Origin: Bacteroidota bacterium
GTDB lineage: Bacteria; Bacteroidota; Ignavibacteria; UBA10030
Length of the DNA stretch: 59,955 nucleotides
Direction of reading: 5' to 3'
Assembly (NCBI GenBank): GCA_015661185.1
Contig: JACVXU010000013.1
Coordinates: forward strand, 1 to 59,955
Notes under the pieces: model-generated
Told to the model about the DNA's origin: nothing
Seen by the model: the letters and a program-made list of their open reading frames with translations, nothing else
Database searches by the model: none
Shown: positions 46,814-56,800 of the stretch, piece by piece
How positions within the stretch are numbered: position 1 is the stretch's first letter
Layout of the letters: the number at the start of each line of letters is the position of its first letter
Made by a program: the position numbers and the translations under genes

Positions 46814-49159
46814 TTAGAATCCTTTTCCGAACTGGAAGTGAAAGCGCCAGCCGGGCGGAGAAGTACCTGGAGCCGGAGCGTCAAAACCATAGCCGTAATC
46901 AAAACCTACCATGCCTATCGGGTTAATGAGAAGCCGGACTCCAACCCCAGCCGACCGCCGCAGATCCATCGGATCAGTCACTTTTGGCTCCTTCCAAACA
47001 TTCCCTGCTTCTGCGAAGAGCAGGGCGTAGATCGGTATCGGATTGATCGAGAGAGCGAATCGCAGCTCAGCCGAGTGCTTGAGGCTAGACAAACCTCCGC
47101 TTGCTGGTCCTACTCCACGGTCTTCATATCCGCGCAACGGAGTTGTATTGAAATAGCCCAGACCCGTACCTCCCATGAAGAACACGTCGGTTGGCTGGAT
47201 TCTCGGGTTATCTCCGATGCCAAAAACGAACCCAAGAGTGGTCGAAAGCGCGAGCGCAATGCGATTGCCTCCCAGAATCGGAACATACCAATCAGCGTTG
47301 AAGATGTGTTTGGAGAATTTCACATTCCCCGGGAGGAACCCTCCTGAAAGTTCCGTGAGGAGCGAGAAATTGGATCCTCTCGTCGGGAAGATCGGACTGT
47401 CAGTACTGTTCCGAGAGATGACCTGCGAAATGTCAACCTGCGTCGTCGTCCCTTCCAGATAGTACGATCCACCGGAGATGACGTCGTTGCGCTGGAATCG
47501 AAGCGTCCAGTCCCCCCTGAACAAGTAGTCAGGCCATCTGAATCGACGGCCAACACGAACCGAAGCACCGGTAAGTCTCAAATCGTAGTAGAAGATTTGC
47601 CGCTGGTCAAAGAGGTTAACTCCGAAAAGGGTCGGCGTATCGAACATCCACGGTTCCGTGAATCCGATCGAAAACGTCCGATAGCGGCTTCCTTCACCGA
47701 ACTGCCAGTCAAAGCTAAGCATCTGACCTGCACCGCCGCGGAGTGGGTCCTTCAACGAGAAATTGTTGAACGTCAGCCCCAGTGCACCGTTGAAACCAAA
47801 ATAGCCGCTATAACCGACAGACATGTTGAAGGTGTCGCTTGATTTTTCCTCGACGGCGTACTCGAGGTCGACGGACCCTTTCTCGACATCCAGATTGCGC
47901 GTGTCCGGCTTGATTTTCTCGGGGTTGAAGTAATTAAGCTGCGAAAGCTGACGTGCGCTCCTGATGACAGCCTGGCGGCTGAAATATTCTCCCGGGAGAG
48001 TGTACAGCTCACGGCGGATCACTTTCTCGTGCGTCTTTGTGTTCCCTGTAATAACAACCTGACCAATCCTGAACTGGTTTCGTTCCCGCAGATGAATTGT
48101 GACATCCAGGCTGTCGCCTCCAACGCGTGTCTCCTCCGGCTCCGCCTGGAACATCAGGTAGCCGTTGTCCATGTAAAGTGAGGAAACGTCCGTTTCTTCC
48201 TCGCTGCGATAGAGGTTCTTCTCGAATTTTTCCTTGTCGTAGATATCCCCTTTTAGAAATCCGAGCCGCTGAGAAAGGACCTCGGAGGTGTATACGGTGT
48301 TCCCTTCCCAGATAATGTTCCTGACCCGGTACGGAGGCCCCTCATATACAACGATGTCGATGGTGAGGTATTGCTTATTCTTGTCGTACAAAAGAGAGTC
48401 CGAAATGATCTCGGCGTCACGGTACCCGTTCTTCTGGTAAAAATTCAGGATGAGGCGCTTGTCTTCCTCGTATTTCTTCTTGTCAAACTTGTTGCTCGCC
48501 CAGAATTTCCACCATGCTCGTTCAGCCGTCTCTTTCATCGATCCCTTGAGATCGTCATCGCTGAATTGCTTGTTGCCACGGAATATGATGCGATCAACTT
48601 TGACCTTCGGTCCTTCATCGATGGTCACGCGGAGTGTGACCCGATTGCCCGTGGAATCCCTGATCAGAACAGGATTGATGCCGGCATTGAGATATCCATC
48701 TTCAGCGTACTTCAGCCGGAGCAATCGCCGTATCAACGAAAGATCCTGTGCCGTGACAATCTGGCCCTTGACAAGGTTGACTCTCTTAAGAACCTCATCC
48801 TCACTGAGTTCATTGTTGCCGACGATCTCGGTTTTTTCCAGCCGGGGGTTTTCCGTGACACGGATTAACAGATAGACCCCTTCAGGTGTGCGGTTCTCGG
48901 TAAGGATCTGAATATCGTCAAACAACCGCAACCCGTGGAGACGCTCGATGGCAGTGCGCGTTTGGTCGCCGGGAAGGGTGATCTCCTCTCCGACTTTCAA
49001 ACCTGTGTTGGCAATAATCGCGGCGGGATCGGAAGAACGTTGACCTTCGACTGAAATGCCGAGAATCTTGAACACTTCCGGACGCTGTTGCGCTTGCAAC
49101 ATCGTGCAGGATACCAGAAGAATGGTGACGACAAGAGTAAGTTTAAGACTTTGACGCAC
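46814..49159 (-). CDS. bamA: Outer membrane protein assembly factor BamA
   Basis: POTRA repeats (GN..., GY...), PLRGYED motif, C-terminal FHFQFGKGF. Confidence 0.97.
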   Translation of the reverse strand: MRQSLKLTLVVTILLVSCTMLQAQQRPEVFKILGISVEGQRSSDPAAIIANTGLKVGEEITLPGDQTRTAIERLHGLRLFDDIQILTENRTPEGVYLLIRVTENPRLEKTEIVGNNELSEDEVLKRVNLVKGQIVTAQDLSLIRRLLRLKYAEDGYLNAGINPVLIRDSTGNRVTLRVTIDEGPKVKVDRIIFRGNKQFSDDDLKGSMKETAERAWWKFWASNKFDKKKYEEDKRLILNFYQKNGYRDAEIISDSLLYDKNKQYLTIDIVVYEGPPYRVRNIIWEGNTVYTSEVLSQRLGFLKGDIYDKEKFEKNLYRSEEETDVSSLYMDNGYLMFQAEPEETRVGGDSLDVTIHLRERNQFRIGQVVITGNTKTHEKVIRRELYTLPGEYFSRQAVIRSARQLSQLNYFNPEKIKPDTRNLDVEKGSVDLEYAVEEKSSDTFNMSVGYSGYFGFNGALGLTFNNFSLKDPLRGGAGQMLSFDWQFGEGSRYRTFSIGFTEPWMFDTPTLFGVNLFDQRQIFYYDLRLTGASVRVGRRFRWPDYLFRGDWTLRFQRNDVISGGSYYLEGTTTQVDISQVISRNSTDSPIFPTRGSNFSLLTELSGGFLPGNVKFSKHIFNADWYVPILGGNRIALALSTTLGFVFGIGDNPRIQPTDVFFMGGTGLGYFNTTPLRGYEDRGVGPASGGLSSLKHSAELRFALSINPIPIYALLFAEAGNVWKEPKVTDPMDLRRSAGVGVRLLINPIGMVGFDYGYGFDAPAPGTSPPGWRFHFQFGKGF

Positions 49160-49985
49160 TTTTTAGAAACCTTTCCATCCCTCGGAGCGGGTCTAGACCA
49201 CTGGATTCATTCTTGTTTAGCTGCTCGCTCACCATCCCAAACCGTCGCTCTCGCCGCTGGAAATTCGAAACGGCTTCATATAGTTGCTTTCGGCGGAAGG
49301 ACGGCCAAAACTCTTGAGAGATGAAGAGCTCGCTGTAGGCAATCTGCCATATAAGAAAATTGCTGATCCGAAACTCGCCGCTGGTACGAATGAGCAAGTC
49401 TGGGTCGGGAAAATCTTTGGTTGCGAGATAACTTGTGATGAGCTCCTGGGTGATTTGTTCTTTCTTGAGGCTGCCAGACCGTATTTCGTCATACATGCGT
49501 TGGATCGCATTCGTGATATCCCAACGGCCGCTATAGCTGAGGGCAAGAATTAGCGTGAGGCCCTTGTTGTCTTTCATCTTCTCGATGCCGTCGAGGAGTT
49601 CATCCTGAACGTCTTGCGGCAACGCGGCGATGTCTCCCACGACCTTCAGTTTCACTTCATTCTGGTGTAACCGATCTTTTTCGTCCCGCAGGGCTTTCAA
49701 GAGAAGCCGCATCAGAAGAGAAACCTCTTCTTGCGGTCTCTTCCAGTTTTCCGTGGAAAACGCATACACGGTGAGATACTTCACTCCAAGCTGACCACAC
49801 GCTTCGACGATGTCTCTGACAGAATTTACACCCTCATGGTGCCCAGCGATCCGTGGGAGACCCCGTTTCTGCGCCCATCGACCATTGCCATCCATAATGA
49901 TGGCTATATGCCGTGGCACATCACCTGACCCAATCAGTCGGTCCTGAAGCTTCTTATCGTGCCCTGTTGCCTTCTCGAGCGCCAC
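49143..49985 (-). CDS. uppS: Undecaprenyl diphosphate synthase
   Basis: HIAIIMDGNGRWA, FSTENWKRP, DLLIRTSGEFRISNFL, RERRFG. Confidence 0.97.
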   Translation of the reverse strand: MALEKATGHDKKLQDRLIGSGDVPRHIAIIMDGNGRWAQKRGLPRIAGHHEGVNSVRDIVEACGQLGVKYLTVYAFSTENWKRPQEEVSLLMRLLLKALRDEKDRLHQNEVKLKVVGDIAALPQDVQDELLDGIEKMKDNKGLTLILALSYSGRWDITNAIQRMYDEIRSGSLKKEQITQELITSYLATKDFPDPDLLIRTSGEFRISNFLIWQIAYSELFISQEFWPSFRRKQLYEAVSNFQRRERRFGMVSEQLNKNESSGLDPLRGMERFLKSASKS

Positions 49986-50024
49986 TGAATCCCCTTTGAC
50001 AAACCGTATTATGACCTGATAAAA

Positions 50025-50053
50025 AATTTAACCTTTTTCGCTTGAAAAGTCAA
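50025..50053 (-). promoter_or_regulatory. sigma70-type promoter of the uppS-bamA-lpx operon
   Basis: TTGACT (50053-50048), 17 bp, TAAATT (50030-50025). Confidence 0.6.
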
Positions 50054-50133
50054 AGGGAAGTTTGGAACACCCCCAAAACAATTGCAGATATGACTTAAAG
50101 AAGAATCGAAATGTATCACCCAAATCGCCTGCC

Positions 50134-50162
50134 TTGACTGCACTTTCAAAATTGGTTATATT
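50134..50162 (+). promoter_or_regulatory. sigma70-type promoter of clpC
   Basis: TTGACT (50134-50139), 17 bp, TATATT (50157-50162). Confidence 0.65.
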
Positions 50163-50246
50163 CTAAGGAAACTCAATCAAAGGCTTTTGCGTTGTTAGAC
50201 GCATGAGGGAGCATAACAGTTCAACTTATTTAAGGTGAGAGCTTCA

Positions 50247-52748
50247 ATGGAAGGTAATTTCTCCAACCGTGTGCAAGATGTTATCCGGCTGAGCCGGGAA
50301 GAAGCACTGCGTTTAGGCCACGACTATATCGGAACGGAACATCTCCTTCTCGGGATTATCCGGGAAGGAGAGGGGATCGCTGTCAAAATTCTGCGGAATC
50401 TTGGGGTCGACCTGTACAAGCTCAAGAAGGCGATCGAAGACACGGTCCGGACCTCCGGTGGCACCTTGACAATCGGCAACATCCCGCTCACCAAGCAAGC
50501 CGAAAAGGTCTTGAAGATCACCTATCTCGAAGCAAAGCTATACAAATCAGACGTGATTGGGACTGAGCACCTCTTGCTGTCGCTCCTTCGGGATGACGAT
50601 AACATTGCGGCACAAATCCTGCATCAATTCAATGTCCATTACGATGTTGTGCGAAATGAACTCGACAACATCATTTCCGGAAAACCCTCGTCGCCCCCTG
50701 CCCCTCATAGCACAGAGAAGAAGCAGGACAAATCAAAAACACCGGTGCTCGACAACTTCGGCCGGGACCTGACTAAGCTGGCCATCGAGGATAAGCTGGA
50801 TCCGATTGTCGGACGGGAAAAGGAGATTGAGCGGGTTGCCCAGGTACTCAGCCGCCGGAAGAAGAACAATCCGGTTCTTATTGGCGAGCCCGGCGTTGGA
50901 AAATCAGCGATAGCCGAGGGCCTCGCCCTCCGGATCGTCCAGAAAAAGGTCTCCAGGGTCCTGCACGATAAGCGGGTCGTTACGCTTGATCTCGCTGCAC
51001 TCGTCGCGGGGACGAAGTACAGGGGGCAATTCGAAGAGCGGATGAAGGCCGTGATGAACGAGCTTGAGAAAGCAAAGGATGTCATACTCTTCATTGACGA
51101 ATTGCACACAATCGTAGGCGCTGGCGGCGCAAGTGGGTCTTTGGATGCATCCAATATGTTCAAGCCGGCGCTCGCACGCGGCGAGCTGCAGTGCATCGGC
51201 GCTACGACCCTCGACGAATACCGGCAATATATTGAAAAGGACGGAGCGCTCGATCGCCGGTTCCAGAAGATCATGGTCGATCCAACGACCGTTGATGAGA
51301 CTATTAAGATCTTGCTAAACATCAAACAGAAATACGAGGAGCACCATGGTGTGCTCTACTCTGATAAGGCAATCGATGCGGCTGTTCGTTTGAGCGACCG
51401 CTATATTACCGACCGTTACCTCCCCGACAAAGCGATCGACGTGATGGACGAAGCAGGTTCCCGGGTTCACCTCGCGAACATTGTCGTCCCAAAGGAGATA
51501 CTCCTGCTCGAAGAAGAGATCGAGAAGATTAAGCAGGCGAAGAACCAGGTGGTCAAGAATCAGAACTTCGAGGAAGCAGCACGTCTGCGGGACCTTGAGA
51601 AGAAGCTCTTCAGCGACCTCGAGATCGCGAAACGTGAATGGGAACTCAAAGCTCAGGAAGTAGTCTATGACGTGAGCGATGAGAACTGCGCCGAAGTTGT
51701 TTCAATGATGACAGGCATCCCGGTCAATCGGGTTGCCCAAAGTGAATCTGAGAAGCTCCTCAAGATGGAGGAAGCCCTTCAGGCTGTGATCGTCGGCCAG
51801 GATGAAGCGATCGTGAAGCTCACCAAGGCAATCCGTCGCACGCGTGCCGGACTGAAGGATCCAAAGCGGCCTATAGGCTCATTTATCTTCCTTGGACCGA
51901 CGGGCGTGGGAAAAACCGAGATGGCCAAAGCACTCGCCCGGTACTTATTCGATTCTGACGAAGCGTTGATCCGAATCGACATGAGCGAGTACATGGAGAA
52001 ATTCTCTGTGTCACGACTTGTTGGAGCGCCCCCGGGGTACGTGGGATATGAGGAAGGGGGCCAATTAACGGAGAAAGTGCGGAGAAAGCCCTATTCCGTC
52101 GTGCTGCTTGATGAGATCGAGAAAGCCCATCCGGACGTGTTCAATATCCTGTTGCAGGTTCTGGATGATGGAATTCTGACAGACAGTCTTGGACGCCGGG
52201 TTGACTTCAAGAACACGATTCTTATAATGACCTCGAATATCGGTACCCGGGATATCAAATCGACCGGGGCGATGGGATTCGGAACGAAATCAGAGCAGGA
52301 TAAGTACAGTGCGATGAAGGGGCACATTGAGGATGCCCTGAAGAGAGTCTTCAATCCCGAATTCCTGAACAGGGTTGATGACGCTATCGTGTTCCATAGC
52401 CTCGAGCGACAGCATATTCTCCAGATCATTGACATCTCATCGAAGGATCTTTTCAAGCGAATGGAGAGCATGGGCATCTCGATCGAGCTGACGAAACCGG
52501 CTAAGGAATTTCTTGCCGATAAAGGCTTTGATCCGGCCTTTGGCGCACGGCCGCTTCGCAGGGCTATCCAGAAATACGTTGAGGATCCGCTCGCTGAAGA
52601 AATCCTCAAGGGATCATTCGCCAACGGGAGCAAGATCATGGTGAAGTTCACCGAGAAGGCAGAAGAGCTGGGTTTCTTTGATTCGAGCAAAGACAAAGGC
52701 GGAGATGAGCTTAAAGAGCAGGACGAAGAGGTTGCAGGCGCCTCCTAA
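50247..52748 (+). CDS. clpC: ATP-dependent Clp protease ATP-binding subunit ClpC
   Basis: Two Clp-N repeats, [11 protein letters not shown] coiled coil (FEEAARLRD), [11 protein letters not shown] ClpP-binding loop, GARPLRR. Confidence 0.95.
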   Translation: MEGNFSNRVQDVIRLSREEALRLGHDYIGTEHLLLGIIREGEGIAVKILRNLGVDLYKLKKAIEDTVRTSGGTLTIGNIPLTKQAEKVLKITYLEAKLYKSDVIGTEHLLLSLLRDDDNIAAQILHQFNVHYDVVRNELDNIISGKPSSPPAPHSTEKKQDKSKTPVLDNFGRDLTKLAIEDKLDPIVGREKEIERVAQVLSRRKKNNPVLIGEPGVGKSAIAEGLALRIVQKKVSRVLHDKRVVTLDLAALVAGTKYRGQFEERMKAVMNELEKAKDVILFIDELHTIVGAGGASGSLDASNMFKPALARGELQCIGATTLDEYRQYIEKDGALDRRFQKIMVDPTTVDETIKILLNIKQKYEEHHGVLYSDKAIDAAVRLSDRYITDRYLPDKAIDVMDEAGSRVHLANIVVPKEILLLEEEIEKIKQAKNQVVKNQNFEEAARLRDLEKKLFSDLEIAKREWELKAQEVVYDVSDENCAEVVSMMTGIPVNRVAQSESEKLLKMEEALQAVIVGQDEAIVKLTKAIRRTRAGLKDPKRPIGSFIFLGPTGVGKTEMAKALARYLFDSDEALIRIDMSEYMEKFSVSRLVGAPPGYVGYEEGGQLTEKVRRKPYSVVLLDEIEKAHPDVFNILLQVLDDGILTDSLGRRVDFKNTILIMTSNIGTRDIKSTGAMGFGTKSEQDKYSAMKGHIEDALKRVFNPEFLNRVDDAIVFHSLERQHILQIIDISSKDLFKRMESMGISIELTKPAKEFLADKGFDPAFGARPLRRAIQKYVEDPLAEEILKGSFANGSKIMVKFTEKAEELGFFDSSKDKGGDELKEQDEEVAGAS

Positions 52749-52775
52749 ACGGATGGTGGCTTTAATAAGTTATAG

Positions 52776-52806
52776 AATCCCTCGGTGACTCCGGGGGATT
52801 TTTTTT
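52776..52806 (+). terminator. Rho-independent terminator after clpC
   Basis: AATCCCTCGG / CCGGGGGATT stem followed by a T-run. Confidence 0.85.
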
Positions 52807-52819
52807 GCGGTGTCAAAAA

Positions 52820-53437
52820 ATGGGAAAAAGACCTTTCAGCATCAAGAGTTCCTACATCCTTTTCTACAAACCATATGGGGTCCTCTCCCAGTTCTCCGAC
52901 AATTCCGGGCGAATGACGCTCAAAGCGTTCGGTCCATTCCCGCAAGATATCTACCCCGTCGGGAGACTTGACGCAGACAGTGAGGGCCTTCTTCTGCTCA
53001 CGAACGACGGTCCGGCGAAGCATCTCCTTCTGGAACCTCGCCATGGACACCAACGCACCTATCTCGTACAGGTCGAACGCGTCCCCAGTGGAGAGGCCCT
53101 CGCAAGGTTGAGAACAGGAGTGACGATTGAGGGGCGAAAAACCAAGCAAGCTACTGTAACGCTCCTTGATCCCGAGCCTCCGGTCCCTCTGCGAGAGATA
53201 CCAATCCGATATAGAAAAAGCGTTCCCACAGCATGGCTTGAGATAGCTCTCACGGAAGGGCGCAATCGCCAAATCCGCAAAATGACTGCAGCAGTGGGTC
53301 ATCCGACGTTGCGACTCATCAGAATCAAGCTGGGGCCGCTCACGCTGATCGGGCTCAATCCTGGGGAGCACCGACATCTTTCCAAAACGGAAGTTCAGTT
53401 GCTTCTCGCATCAACCGATCAATCCCCTGTATCCTAA
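52820..53437 (+). CDS. rluE: RsuA-family rRNA pseudouridine synthase (RluE-like, no S4 domain)
   Basis: YKPYGVLSQF, GRLDADSEGLLLLTNDG, EGRNRQIRKMTAAVGHPTLRLIR. Confidence 0.8.
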   Translation: MGKRPFSIKSSYILFYKPYGVLSQFSDNSGRMTLKAFGPFPQDIYPVGRLDADSEGLLLLTNDGPAKHLLLEPRHGHQRTYLVQVERVPSGEALARLRTGVTIEGRKTKQATVTLLDPEPPVPLREIPIRYRKSVPTAWLEIALTEGRNRQIRKMTAAVGHPTLRLIRIKLGPLTLIGLNPGEHRHLSKTEVQLLLASTDQSPVS

Positions 53438-53589
53438 CTGAAATCCGGCAACCCTGTCCTTCCATCAACTCTCTCAACTCTCTGACTGATGTTGGCGGCA
53501 GCTCGGCCACCTGCACGTTAGAGCCGCCCGGGTTCTTACATGGATTTGTTCAAATTGGTGGTTTTACGGAAAAAGGCGAAGCGGAGTAG

Positions 53590-53626
53590 AAATAAAAGCC
53601 CCGACGCGCACCGTGAGCGTCGGGGC
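53590..53626 (-). terminator. Rho-independent terminator (minus strand)
   Basis: GCCCCGACGC/GCGTCGGGGC 10-bp stem followed by TTTTATTT on the minus strand. Confidence 0.8.
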
Positions 53627-53844
53627 CAGGGAGGTTGTTCTGAAACCCGCCCAAGGTAGGAACAAAGAGCGGGCTCGTATTTCACAACACAGCCATGTCG
53701 TATTTTGTTCCAGAGAACGAAGAATTCTTACCATTGGCAACGCTTTACGGGATAATCACTTATAGCCTCCCAGCGTGAAGATGACAAGAATTTGACCAAA
53801 CCGAATTGAGGGGAATCTTGTTCATCTCAATTCCAGGGGGTCGA

Positions 53845-56800
53845 TCACGAATCAAGCGCCTCTCTAATCCTTTTCAGTATTTCGTGAGTACTATAGGGCT
53901 TCCCGATGAACCCCTTGATGCCGCCTTCCAAGATTTCCGCCTTCATTCGGGGATCGAGATATCCACTCGCGAGTATGACCTTGACGTTTTGGTTGATGTG
54001 CTTCATCCGCCGACACGCTTCCCAACCATCAATCTTCGGGAGTCCAAAATCGGATAGCACCAGGTGAATTGAATGCATCTGGTCGGAGTACACTTTGACA
54101 GCTTCTTCGCCATCCTTCGCTACCAACACCCGGTAGCCCTTCTGCCCAAGCACGGTAACGACGAACTCGAGCATCAACTCTTCATCTTCGACGACAAGGA
54201 TGGTCTCCGAGCCACCGCGCACATTCTGACTTTGAGCCACTCTATCCTCGCCTGGAGAGATGTTATCTTCCCGGGACGGGAGATAGATCCGAAATGTCGT
54301 TCCGCGTCCCAATTCGGAGTCGACATCGACGAATCCCTTATGTGCCTCCACCACACCGAAGACAACCGAAAGTCCGAGGCCGGTTCCCTTTCCCACGTCC
54401 TTCGTGGTAAAGAAGGGCTCGAAGATTCGAGCTTTCGTGCTTTCATCGATGCCGTCACCTGTATCCGAGACGCTGATCTCTACGTAACTCTGATTCAAGG
54501 CAGCGGCGAAACGTGGCGCAAGCGTCTTCCCCTCCACCAGCCTGGTCGCTATGCTGATCGATCCATGATCGGCCATAGCGTCCCGTGCATTCACACACAG
54601 GTTCAAGAGGGCCTGATGAAGCTGCGTTCGATCGATGGACAGCGGAGGGAGCGCCTTCTCCAACTGTAACGAGAGGGTAATCGTCTTCGGGAATGTTTCC
54701 CCGAGCATGGTTGTTAGTTCACCGATAATGGAGTTCACATCCACCTTTTCCAGTTTGAACTCACTCTTCCGTGCAAACGTCAGGATCTGACGCACTAACC
54801 CTGCACCCCGTTCCGCCGCATTGACAATCGCGTCAATATACACTCCAACCTTTTCAGTCCCGACCGACTTCTGTCCCAGCATGCTCGCGTAGCCAAGGAT
54901 GATTCCCAGGATGTTATTGAAATCGTGGGCAATCCCGCTCGCCAACGTGCCAAGGCTTTCCATCTTACGCGCCTGCCACAGCTGCTGCTCAAGCATCTTG
55001 CGCTCCGTTACGTCCTCTTTTACGGCAAGGAAGTGCGTTATGGCTCCCGATGCATCCCTGACGGGAGAAATTGAAGCCAGTTCCCAGAATTGTTCCCCGT
55101 TCTTTTTCTTGTTGTGGAACTCCCCCTTCCATTCCTTTCCTGAAAGGATAGTCTCCCATAGCTTCGAGTATTCTTCCGCCGGAGTGTCTCCCGATTTCAA
55201 GATCCGCGGATTTTGCCCTTTCGCCTCCTCGAGGGTGTACCCAGTAATCTGAGAGAATTTCGGGTTGACATATTCGATCGTGCCCCCGATGTCTGTGATA
55301 ACAATGGACGCAGGGCTCTGTTCGACGGCACGATGTAGCTTCCGCAATTCCTCTTCGGCGTGACGATGCTCCGTTACGTCTGTTACGATACCGAGGATAG
55401 CGGTTCCCCCTTCGTAGATTGTGAGTCTTGTCGAATGCAAACCCACAATCCGTTTTCGGTCTTTTGTATACAGCACATATTCGTATGCCGGAATTTCCTT
55501 CCCAGCCTGATGCTTCGCGAAGTTGTCCATCACAAGTGGAATGTAGTCCGGGGCGATGAGACTCAGGAAACTGAAGTCTGGAGCATAGAACTCATCCTTA
55601 CTGAAACCCATTAATTCCACGCAACGCTGGTTGACATAGACTACTTTCCCCCCCTTGTTGATATAGATCATGTTGGGCGATTGTTCCGAGAGCGATCGGA
55701 ATTTTTCTTCGCTTTCCCGCAGTCTCTGTTCAGCTTCCCGCCGTTCAGTAACGTCACGGAAGATGCTGAGAAGGAGTAGTGGTTCATTCGAAATCTCGAG
55801 CAACGAATTTGACATCTCGACAAGAATCCGCTTTCCCCCGTGGAGAGGAAGCTCCACTTCCTGATGGCGAGCGAACGAACGTGTCGCAAATCGATGCTGA
55901 TAGACGTTCAGGTCTTCTTCGTCCTCAGCGGCTGATACCGGCTCATATGCCATCGTGAATGGTTGTCCGATCAATTCGGCCTCCGGCTTACCCATGAGTC
56001 GGCAGAAAGCCTCATTGACCATGACGATCGATCCGCTCTCGTCCAGGATACGCATTCCGTCCATAGAGCTTTCCCAGACACGACGGAACCGCATCTCCGA
56101 CCGCCTTACAGCTTCCTCAGAGCGCTTGCGCTTGGTGATGTCCATGCCCAAGGCAACCACGACCTCCTGGCCGAAGTACACGCTTCGGTTCAGGCGCACT
56201 TCCTTGGGGAATATTTCTCCGTTTTTCCGACGCCCCCACCATTCAAATTGCTGCGGCTCGCCAGCATATGTCTTTCGGACCGATTCGAGAGTTTGCTGAA
56301 GATCGTTCATACCTGGCGCAGCGAGGGCTTCCGGCGTTTTTCCAATGAAATAGTCACGCTCATAGCCATACATGTCGACCGCCCCCTGATTGACATCAAG
56401 GAATTTCCCGTCCTTATCCTGAATGTAGATTGCGTCATCAACGCTGTTGAAAAGCCCCCGATAGCTCGCTTCGGATTTCCGGAGAGCATCCTCAACGCGC
56501 TTCCGCTCTGTCACATCCCGCTGAACGGCAAGATAGCCAAGAATGTTCCCCTTGTCCCCGAGAATCGGACTTGCGGACCCCTCAACGGTGATCAATCGAC
56601 CATCCTTCGTCCTGTTCTCCAGTTCCCCTCTGAATACTCTCTTCTGCAGCAACTCACTCCAGAAGAATTTATAGCTCGACTCATCGAGCATTCCGCTCTT
56701 CAGTATTCTGGGAGTTACCTTTCCAACAGTCTCTTCCGGCGTATGACCATAGATCTTTGTGAATTCCGGATTGAGGTATGTTATGATCCCCTCAGCGTCC

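Noticed and set aside
52745..53377. 210-aa minus-strand ORF
   Set aside because: Antisense to the pseudouridine synthase and crosses the clpC terminator.
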